Source of the DNA: Macrostomum hystrix
Taxonomy: Eukaryota; Animalia; Platyhelminthes
Length of the DNA stretch: 64,000 nucleotides
Reading direction: 5' to 3'
NCBI GenBank assembly: GCA_950097015.1
Contig: CATNEN010000014.1
Span: 372,001 to 436,000 of the forward strand
Part shown: piece after piece, positions 26,918-38,300 of the stretch
How positions within the stretch are numbered: the stretch's first letter is position 1
How the letters are laid out: each line of letters starts with the position of its first letter
Notes under the pieces: generated by a model
Databases searched by the model: none
What the model was told of the DNA's origin: nothing
The model's input: only the letters and a program-made list of their open reading frames with translations
Translations under genes and position numbers: made by a program

Positions 26918-28426
26918 TCTGAGTTGTCTGAGTTGTTGTCGGTGACGCAGTTGTCTGAGTTGTTGTCGGTGACGTAGTTGTCTGAGTTGTTGTCGGTGAC
27001 GCAGTTGTCTGAGTTGTTGTCGGTGACGCAGTTGTCTGAGTTGTTGTCGGTGACGCAGTTGTCTGAGTTGTTGTCGGTGACGTAGTTGTCTGAGTTGTTG
27101 TCGGTGACGTAGTTGTCTGAGTTGTTGTCGGTGACGTAGTTGTCTGAGTTGTTGTCGGTGACGCAGTTGTCTGAGTTGTTGTCGGTGACGCAGTTGTCTG
27201 AGTTGTTGTCGGTGACGTAGTTGTCTGAGTTGTTGTCGGTGACGCAGTTGTCTGAGTTGTTGTCGGTGACGCAGTTGTCTGAGTTGTTGTCGGTGACGTA
27301 GTTGTCTGAGTTGTTGTCGGTGACGCAGTTGTCTGAGTTGTTGTCGGTGACGTAGTTGTCTGAGTTGTTGTCGGTGACGCAGTTGTCTGAGTTGTTGTCG
27401 GTGACGCAGTTGTCTGAGTTGTTGTCGGTGACGCAGTTGTCTGAGTTGTTGTCGGTGACGCAGTTGTCTGAGTTGTTGTCGGTGACGCAGTTGTCTGAGT
27501 TGTTGTCGGTGACGCAGTTGTCTGAGTTGTTGTCGGTGACGTAGTTGTCTGAGTTGTTGTCGGTGACGCAGTTGTCTGAGTTGTTGTCGGTGACGTAGTT
27601 GTCTGAGTTGTTGTCGGTGACGCAGTTGTCTGAGTTGTTGTCGGTGACGCAGTTGTCTGAGTTGTTGTCGGTGACGCAGTTGTCTGAGTTGTTGTCGGTG
27701 ACGTAGTTGTCTGAGTTGTTGTCGGTGACGTAGTTGTCTGAGTTGTTGTCGGTGACGTAGTTGTCTGAGTTGTTGTCGGTGACGCAGTTGTCTGAGTTGT
27801 TGTCGGTGACGCAGTTGTCTGAGTTGTTGTCGGTGACGTAGTTGTCTGAGTTGTTGTCGGTGACGCAGTTGTCTGAGTTGTTGTCGGTGACGTAGTTGTC
27901 TGAGTTGTTGTCGGTGACGCAGTTGTCTGAGTTGTTGTCGGTGACGCAGTTGTCTGAGTTGTTTTCGGTGACGTAGTTGTCTGAGTTGTTGTCGGTGACG
28001 CAGTTGTCTGAGTTGTTGTCGGTGACGCAGTTGTCTGAGTTGTTGTCGGTGACGCAGTTGTCTGAGTTGTTGTCGGTGACGCAGTTGTCTGAGTTGTTGT
28101 CGGTGACGCAGTTGTCTGAGTTGTTGTCGGTGACGTAGTTGTCTGAGTTGTTGTCGGTGACGCAGTTGTCTGAGTTGTTGTCGGTGACGTAGTTGTCTGA
28201 GTTGTTGTCGGTGACGCAGTTGTCTGAGTTGTTGTCGGTGACGCAGTTGTCTGAGTTGTTGTCGGTGACGTAGTTGTCTGAGTTGTTGTCGGTGACGCAG
28301 TTGTCTGAGTTGTTGTCGGTGACGCAGTTGTTTGAGTTGTTGTCGGTGACGCAGTTGTCTGAGTTGTTGTCGGTGACGCAGTTGTCTGAGTTGTTGTCGG
28401 GGACGCAGTTGTCTGAGTTGTTGTCG
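26918..28426. repeat. 27-bp intergenic minisatellite
   Basis: Unit gttgtctgagttgttgtcggtgacg(c/t)a, about 56 copies. Confidence 0.98.
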
Positions 28427-28568
28427 GTATTTATCCCTCAGATTGGTACCATTGGCTAGCAATCATTTGCACCAGCTTGTCCCGATGGCTGACAATCGAC
28501 CTACATCCCCTTTTGTAGCTCTTGCTGGCTTGTGCGGATGGCGAGCTTAGCGGCTTGACGAGGAACTG

Positions 28569-28961
28569 TAGTTCCAGAGCTCTGCCTTCATTGCCATCTA
28601 AAGTCAACTCGAGGCTTACTTGAAGATGCAAGCTAGTTCCAGAGCTGTACCTTCATTGCCATCTAAAGTCAACTCGAGGCTTAATTGAAGATGCAAGCTA
28701 GTTCCAGAGCTCTGCCTTCATTGCCATCTAAAGTCAACTCGAGGCTTACTTGAAGATGCAAGCTAGTTCCAGAGCTCTGCCTTCATTGCCATCTAAAGTC
28801 AACTCGAGGCTTACTTGAAGATGCAAGCTAGTTCCAGAGCTCTGCCTTCATTGCCATCTAAAGTCAACTCGAGGCTTAATTGAAGATGCAAGCTAGTTCC
28901 AGAGCTCTGCCTTCATTGCCATCTAAAGTCAACTCGAGGCTTACTTGAAGATGCAAGCTAG
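28569..28961. repeat. 65-bp intergenic minisatellite
   Basis: Unit tagttccagagctctgccttcattgccatctaaagtcaactcgaggcttacttgaagatgcaagc, 6 copies (28569, 28634, ...). Confidence 0.95.
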
Positions 28962-29392
28962 CTCGACGTTAAAAATAAGTCTCGCTAGATTGCCGCGCAG
29001 ATTGCCAAAAGTGATGAATAATTGAACATTTGAGCACTGCTTAGCAGTATGGGCTGAGTGGCTTCCCCTGATTGCGGCTTCCGCCAGTTCCCAGGTGTCG
29101 AGCGAGTGAGATCTTTCATATTCGGAGCCTGTTCAGTGACTCTTGGAAATTGGCAGCTCCGTGACTGCTGCTGCTGTTGCTGATTGCTGAGTTCTGTCCT
29201 CGGTCCGTGATTGCTGAGTTGGAATTGCTTCGCTGAACACAGGTGCGCCAAGCTCCGGACTGTCATTATTTCACTCGCATGTCCTGCGCAAATGCTGACT
29301 GGGCCAGCCGCTCCTCATTGGCAGCTGCGTCAGGAGGCGCCGAAGCTATAAATAAGCTGCTGGCTGGGATTGCAATTTGACGATAGTCTGCA

Positions 29393-32300
29393 ATGACGCG
29401 TCTAGCCCGGGCGCTCTTGCTAGCTTTAGTGCTGATGCCGATGGCCAAGCACGGCTCAGCGGAGCGGCAGCGAGTGAACCTGCTCTGCGTCACGGCCTCC
29501 GGGTTCTTTAGGTGGCCAGACATTCAGTACCTGGAGTTCACAGCTAGCTACATTAACAATAACCTGAGCCACCTGTTTCCCAGCTTTGAGCTCAATATCA
29601 CCTACATGGCTTCAGAAGGGGTGAGACTGCGGTCTGCACAGCTATCAGTGGCATGAGTGAGAATATTTATTTATTTTAATCAAAGCCTGCTAGACTCAAT
29701 ATTTCCAACCTTCATTCACCCAGACTGGCACGGGCAGCGCAGCCAAGGCTTTCATGGATGGCTACCTGAAGCCGCCTAACAAGGCGCTGCTGCTAGGCGC
29801 CGCCTTCTCGCAGCAATCACAGATCATTGCTGAGATCGCTCAGTACTACTACTTGCCACAGGTGAATTGTGCTCTACACAAACGAACTCGAAGTTACAGT
29901 GAGACTGCTTACTCAGTACCGCTTATTACTAAGAAAGGCTCTAGCCCTCTGGTTAGTGCTTTGGACTTGTTATCAAGAGGTCGGGAGTTTGAATTTCCGC
30001 CAGTGGGAATAATTTGCGTCCTTGAGCTTGACTCTTGATCCTTGCTCAGTTCAGCAAACTGAGAAAAGGGTACCTGGAGTAGGCTGGGATAAAATTGAGT
30101 AGGTGTGGCTCCCTCCAGTCAATCCCCTTCCCAATGCTATTTGATATATTGTCATTCTGGCGCTCTCAGATCGGCTATTCGAACATTGCACCCTCTCTGA
30201 GCGACCGGTCGAAGTACCCGTACTTCATTCGCCTTTCCACCACAACGAGTTTGTTCGTCGAACCCACCATCGCGCTGTTGAAGATGTACAACTGGCAGAA
30301 GTTTGGCTTTCTTACTTCGGATTCAGACCTTGTTTACTCAGTGAGTGATTACCAGTAGATTTGATTTGATGATGCTAGGAACTTCTCAGCTGAGCGAGCC
30401 GCGCCCTCATCAGCCTCCACATCCTGCCTGCAGTCCACCTTGGATCTGGAGGCAGCTTTCATACGAAACAACTTGACTTCCTACATGAAGTTCATCTTCA
30501 GCGACGATGCAACTAACGCTCTCAACAGCGTGAAGGTACGCGGAACTGTTCTTAAAAGACTTGAAAACGTTGCCTAACTCCCTCGCTCAATCTGTCTTGC
30601 AATAACACCATTTTCTAAAACACCATTATTCTACTCAACAAAAACCAGAGCCCTCTCATAATCGATTTTGAGGGGGCCATAGTAGCTGCCGCCTTAGCTG
30701 CCTACTGCCCTGCGTAATATTCCTAAACCAGCGCATTTTCTCCCGCCGCAGATGAATGACATCCGCATCCTTGTTGTCATTCGCATGGCGACAACCGAAG
30801 CCAATGGCAAGAGGTTCGAATGCCTTGTAAGCTGTCAATGCTGCCTGTTTTGCATGTAGAAATATACTCAAATATGTACTCAGGTATGTCAGCAATGGAG
30901 CTGCCTTCCACGTTTCAGCTCCAGCAGATGGGCCTCTATGGACCGAAGTACTTTCTGATACAGATTGGGTTTCCGTTCACGAACTCGGATTTCGCCAACT
31001 CGTGCCCGGATTCAGACAGGGCGCAGAGTCTGGAGGGCTCCATGGAGTTTGACAGCGTGGTTTTTGATCCGGCGCTGATTGAGACACGGGTTGGAATAGC
31101 AGAGAAGGTGAATCGCTGGATTTGAATACCTGCTATCTCGGCTTCCAATTAAGCTTTCATACTGCCCGCCTTTCAGAACATATCAGCGCTTTATCCGCGC
31201 TTGCTAGAGCGCTTCCCTTCCATCGCTTCCTCGGCTACGCAGAAAGGCATCGGTGGTTTTGACGTCCGGTTCGACTCGCTGATGACAGCCGCAGTGGCTT
31301 TAAACGAGACTCTGAAGCGGTTTAACTACACAGAGGTCGTACAGTTGTCGAACTCGTCATTCAAGGCCGGTCTATTTGCGAATATTATGCGGACGAACTT
31401 CTTCGGCTTGACGGTGCGCACTGCCTGCTGCTTCTACAGACAATATTGCTTACATTTGGATGTATTGCTGAGCACATTAAAATGCGTATTGCAGCTCGTA
31501 TGATTGACGAAGGGCCGTCAAAACTTCTGACACAGTCAGTTCAGATCCTGCAAATCAACCCAATGGCCTCCTTATGCGGTTTCTCATTATTTTACTGTCT
31601 TTCTCTGGTATTTGAGTCGTAGTCAATGCTTTTCACCCACAGGGTCGCGTGCAGTTCGATAGTAGAGGCGATCGGTCATCGGTTGTTCAGTTCTACCAGC
31701 TCAGAAGTGCGAGTTCACATTGCTATTTTACTATAGAGTACAAGTGTTTACTCAAAGTGCACAATTAATCGTTCTTCTGTGATGCCCAACTTCAGATATG
31801 AGTAGGGATCTGGTGGCCACGTTCGACCCGGCCACCCAGAAGATTGATTGGCTCAAGAACCTTTGGTTCAGCGGTAGGAACAGCTATTATATAAGAGTAA
31901 CATAGACAATCTGGGCTCCGTTGTTGCTAAGCTCTTAAGCACTTCTCATACCCGAAACTTTCCAGGCACCACGCCTCCGGTCGATGCTCCCGAGGTTGAG
32001 ACCGTCAGTCTGCTGATCGGCAGTCCGGCTGCCATCTTTATCATCGTAGCCTCTTCAATTGGTATTGCGCTGTCCGTGGCGGCGGTGGCAGTCAACTTTC
32101 GCTTCAGGGAGCTGCGCTTCATCAAGATGAGCAGTCCTCTGGTGAACAATGTGATCGGCGCTGGTTGCCTCATGTGCTATGCGTCCTGCATAGTGATGGC
32201 CGTGAACTCCCAATGGTCAGTGACGACAGCCAAGTGCTGGGCCCAGACGGCTCTGCTGACGCTCGGCTACTCCGCTGCATTCGGTGCCATGCTGGCCAAG

Positions 32301-35300
32301 ACCTGGCGAGTGCACCGAATCTTCACCAACGTCAAGCTGCGCAGGATGGTAAAAGGGGCCGACCGAGTGGTACATATGTACCATTCACAGTATACGTGCC
32401 AATTCAAGGTGGAAGATTCCATATGAACTACCTACTCATTCACAGGCCATAAAGGACTCGCACCTGTTCGGGGTTATCCTGCTGCTACTGGCTACGGATG
32501 TGATCATCCTGACAGCCTGGGCCATCGCGGACCCGCTGACAACGCAGAGATCTTTCCTGGCTTCAGGGGTGAGAGCCCAACAGAACTGAATTGACTTCAG
32601 ACGCACCCTGAAGCTCTTGAATAAAAATTGGCAGGAATCAGTGGATGGTACACAGCAGCGCCTGGAGGTTGAGAAGTGCACTTCAGAGCGGCTCAGCATG
32701 TGGCTCATCATTCTGATCGGCATCAAAGGTGCGAATGACAAGGACGAATGACGACTGACAATTAGAGATCATTTTTCAGTAATGTAACCATTGCAGTTCA
32801 TTAGTCAGTGTACAGGCACTTCGAATGCATTTACTGTGTGTTTCTAATGTACACCGAATCACACCAGGCCTGATGCTGGTGGTGGCGCTTATTTTCGCCT
32901 GGGAGACGCGCGGCGTGCAGCTGGAGGCCCTCAACGACTCCAAGACCATCGGCGTCTGCGTCTACAACACGACTGTGATGGGGCTGATCGGCGTGGCGCT
33001 CCTCTTCGTGCTGCCGGACTCAGGCCAGAGCCTGCGCGTCATCCTGCTGGCTGCGTGCATCATCTTGTGCGCCACCACCACTTTACTGCTCGTGTTCGGC
33101 AGCAAGGCCAGTGACTTAGCGGGAACTGCGATGGGAACCGAATCAGTCCCAATGGATTATCGATCCCAACCGAATCAGTGCCACTGCATTAGTGATCCCC
33201 ACCGAATCAGTCCCAATGCATTAGCGATCCCCACCAAATCAGTCCCAATGGATTATCGATCCCCACCGAATCAGTGCCACTGCATTAGCGATCCCCACCG
33301 AATCAGTCCCAATGCATTAGCGATCCCCACCAAATCAGTCCCAATGGATTAGCGATCCCCACCGAATCAGTGCCACTGCATTATCGATCCCCACCGAATC
33401 AGTGCCACTGCATTAGCGATCCCCACCGAATCAGTCCCAATGCATTAGCGATCCCCACCGAATCAGTCCCAATGCATTAGCGATCCCCACCAAATCAGTC
33501 CCAATGGATTAGCGATCCCCACCGAATCAGTGCCACTGCATTAGCGATCCCCACCGAATCAGTCCCAATGGATTAGCGATCCCCACCGAATCAGTGCCAC
33601 TGCATTAGCGATCCCCACCGAATAAGTCCCAATGGATTAGCGATCCCCACCGAATCAGTGCCACTGCATTAGCGATCCTCACCGAATCAGTGCCACTGCA
33701 TTAGCGATCCCCTCCGAATCAGTCCCAATGGATTAGCGATCCCCACCGAATCAGTGCCACTGCATTAGCGATCCTCACCGAATCAGTGCCACTGCATTAG
33801 CGATCCTCACCGAATCAGTGCCACTGCATTAGCGATCCCCTCCGAATCAGTCCCAATGGATTAGCGATCCCCACCGAATCAGTCCCAATGGATTAGCGAT
33901 CCCCTCCGAATCAGTCCCAACGGATTAGCAATCCCCTCCGAATCAGTGCCACTGCATTAGCGATCCCCTCCGAATCAGTCCCAATGGATTAGCGATCCCC
34001 TCCGAATCAGTCCCAATGGATTAGCGATCCCCTCCGAATCAGTCCCAATGGATTAGCAATCCCCACCGAATCAGTCCCAATGGATTAGCGATCCTCACCG
34101 AATCAGTGCCACTGCATTAGCGATCCTCACCGAATCAGTGCCACTGCATTAGCGATCCCCTCCGAATCAGTCCCAATGGATTAGCGATCCCCACCGAATC
34201 AGTCCCAATGGATTAGCGATCCCCTCCGAATCAGTCCCAACGGATTAGCAATCCCCTCCGAATCAGTGCCACTGCATTAGCGATCCCCTCCGAATCAGTC
34301 CCAATGGATTAGCGATCCCCTCCGAATCAGTCCCAATGGATTAGCGATCCCCACCGAATCAGTGCCACTGCATTAGCGATCCCCTCCGAATCAGTCCCAA
34401 TGGATTAGCAATCCCCACCGAATCAGTCCCAATGGATTAGCGATCCTCACCGAATCAGTGCCACTGCATTAGCGATCCTCACCGAATCAGTGCCACTGCA
34501 TTAGCGATCCCCTCCGAATCAGTCCCAATGGATTAGCGATCCCCACCGAATCAGTCCCAATGGATTAGCGATCCCCTCCGAATCAGTCCCAACGGATTAG
34601 CAATCCCCTCCGAATCAGTGCCACTGCATTAGCGATCCCCTCCGAATCAGTCCCAATGGATTAGCGATCCCCTCCGAATCAGTCCCAATGGATTAGCGAT
34701 CCCCACCGAATCAGTGCCACTGCATTAGCGATCCCCTCCGAATCAGTCCCAATGGATTAGCAATCCCCACCGAATCAGTCCCAATGGATTAGCAATCCCC
34801 ACTGAGTCAGTGAGTGAGTCCCAATGGATTAGCGATCCCCACCGAATCAGTGCCACTGCATTAGCGATCCCCTCCGAATCAGTCCCAATGGATTAGCGAT
34901 CCCCTCCGAATCAGTCCCAATGGATTAGCGATCCCCACCGAATCAGTGCCACTGCATTAGCGATCCCCACCGAATCAGTCCCAATGGATTAGCGATCCCC
35001 ACCGAATCAGTGCCACTGCATTAGCGATCCTCACCGAATCAGTGCCACTGCATTAGCGATCCCCTCCGAATCAGTCCCAATGGATTAGCGATCCCCACCG
35101 AATCAGTGCCACTGCATTAGCGATCCTCACCGAATCAGTGCCACTGCATTAGCGATCCTCACCGAATCAGTGCCACTGCATTAGCGATCCCCTCCGAATC
35201 AGTCCCAATGGATTAGCGATCCCCACCGAATCAGTCCCAATGGATTAGCGATCCCCTCCGAATCAGTCCCAACGGATTAGCAATCCCCTCCGAATCAGTG

Positions 35301-38300
35301 CCACTGCATTAGCGATCCCCTCCGAATCAGTCCCAATGGATTAGCGATCCCCTCCGAATCAGTCCCAATGGATTAGCGATCCCCACCGAATCAGTGCCAC
35401 TGCATTAGCGATCCCCTCCGAATCAGTCCCAATGGATTAGCAATCCCCACCGAATCAGTCCCAATGGATTAGCAATCCCCACCGAATCAGTCCCAATGGA
35501 TTAGCAATCCCCACCGAATCAGTCCCAATGGATTAGCAATCCCCTCCGAATCAGTCCCAATGGATTAGCGATCCCCACCGAATCAGTCCCAATGGATTAG
35601 CAATCCCCTCCGAATCAGTCCCAATGGATTAGCGATCCCCACCGAATCAGTCCCAATGGATTAGCGATCCCCTCCGAATCAGTCCCAATGGATTAGCGAT
35701 CCTCACCGAATCAGTGCCACTGCATTAGCGATCCCCTCCGAATCAGTCCCAATGGATTAGCGATCCCCACCGAATCAGTCCCAATGGATTAGCGATCCCC
35801 TCCGAATCAGTCCCAATGGATTAGCAATCCCCTCCGAATCAGTCCCAATGGATTAGCGATCCCCACCGAATCAGTCCCAATGGATTAGCGATCCCCTCCG
35901 AATCAGTCCCAATGGATTAGCGATCCTCACCGAATCAGTGCCACTGCATTAGCGATCCCCTCCGAATCAGTCCCAATGGATTAGCGATCCCCACCGAATC
36001 AGTCCCAACGGATTAGCAATCCCCTCCGAATCAGTGCCACTGCATTAGCGATCCCCTCCGAATCAGTCCCAATGGATTAGCGATCCCCTCTGAATCAGTC
36101 CCAATGGATTAGCGATCCCCACCGAATCAGTGCCACTGCATTAGCAATCCCCTCCGAATCAGTCCCAATGGATTAGCGATCCCCACCGAATCAGTCCCAA
36201 TGGATTAGCGATCCTCACCGAATCAGTGCCACTGCATTAGCGATCCTCACCGAATCAGTGCCACTGCATTAGCGATCCCCTCCGAATCAGTCCCAATGGA
36301 TTAGCGATCCCCACCGAATCAGTCCCAATGGATTAGCGATCCCCTCCGAATCAGTCCCAACGGATTAGCAATCCCCTCCGAATCAGTGCCACTGCATTAG
36401 CGATCCCCTCCGAATCAGTCCCAATGGATTAGCGATCCCCTCCGAATCAGTCCCAATGGATTAGCGATCCCCACCGAATCAGTGCCACTGCATTAGCGAT
36501 CCCCTCCGAATCAGTCCCAATGGATTAGCAATCCCCACCGAATCAGTCCCAATGGATTAGCGATCCTCACCGAATCAGTGCCACTGCATTAGCGATCCTC
36601 ACCGAATCAGTGCCACTGCATTAGCGATCCCCTCCGAATCAGTCCCAATGGATTAGCGATCCCCACCGAATCAGTCCCAATGGATTAGCGATCCCCTCCG
36701 AATCAGTCCCAACGGATTAGCAATCCCCTCCGAATCAGTGCCACTGCATTAGCGATCCCCTCCGAATCAGTCCCAATGGATTAGCGATCCCCTCCGAATC
36801 AGTCCCAATGGATTAGCGATCCCCACCGAATCAGTGCCACTGCATTAGCGATCCCCTCCGAATCAGTCCCAATGGATTAGCAATCCCCACCGAATCAGTC
36901 CCAATGGATTAGCAATCCCCACTGAGTCAGTGAGTGAGTCCCAATGGATTAGCAATCCCCACCGAATCAGTCCCAATGGATTAGCAATCCCCACCGAATC
37001 AGTGCCAATGCATTAGCGATCCCCACCGAATCAGTCCCAATGAATTAGCAATCCCCACTGAGTCAGTGAGTCAGTCCCAATGGATTAGCAATCCCCACCG
37101 AATCAGTCCCAATGGATTAGCAATCCCCACCGAATCAGTGCCAATGGATTAGCGATCCCCACCGAATCAGTCCCAATGGATTAGCGATCCCCTCCGAATC
37201 AGTCCCAATGGATTAGCAATCCCCTCCGAATCAGTCCCAATGGATTAGCGATCCCCACCGAATCAGTCCCAATGGATTAGCGATCCCCTCCGAATCAGTC
37301 CCAATGGATTAGCGATCCTCACCGAATCAGTGCCACTGCATTAGCGATCCCCTCCGAATCAGTCCCAATGGATTAGCGATCCCCACCGAATCAGTCCCAA
37401 TGGATTAGCGATCCTCACCGAATCAGTGCCACTGCATTAGCGATCCTCACCGAATCAGTGCCACTGCATTAGCGATCCCCTCCGAATCAGTCCCAATGGA
37501 TTAGCGATCCCCACCGAATCAGTCCCAATGGATTAGCGATCCCCTCCGAATCAGTCCCAACGGATTAGCAATCCCCTCCGAATCAGTGCCACTGCATTAG
37601 CGATCCCCTCCGAATCAGTCCCAATGGATTAGCGATCCCCTCCGAATCAGTCCCAATGGATTAGCGATCCCCACCGAATCAGTGCCACTGCATTAGCGAT
37701 CCCCTCCGAATCAGTCCCAATGGATTAGCAATCCCCACCGAATCAGTCCCAATGGATTAGCGATCCTCACCGAATCAGTGCCACTGCATTAGCGATCCTC
37801 ACCGAATCAGTGCCACTGCATTAGCGATCCCCTCCGAATCAGTCCCAATGGATTAGCGATCCCCACCGAATCAGTCCCAATGGATTAGCGATCCCCTCCG
37901 AATCAGTCCCAACGGATTAGCAATCCCCTCCGAATCAGTGCCACTGCATTAGCGATCCCCTCCGAATCAGTCCCAATGGATTAGCGATCCCCTCCGAATC
38001 AGTCCCAATGGATTAGCGATCCCCACCGAATCAGTGCCACTGCATTAGCGATCCCCTCCGAATCAGTCCCAATGGATTAGCAATCCCCACCGAATCAGTC
38101 CCAATGGATTAGCAATCCCCACTGAGTCAGTGAGTGAGTCCCAATGGATTAGCAATCCCCACCGAATCAGTCCCAATGGATTAGCAATCCCCACCGAATC
38201 AGTGCCAATGCATTAGCGATCCCCACCGAATCAGTCCCAATGAATTAGCAATCCCCTCCGAATCAGTCCCAACGGATTAGCAATCCCCTCCGAATCAGTG

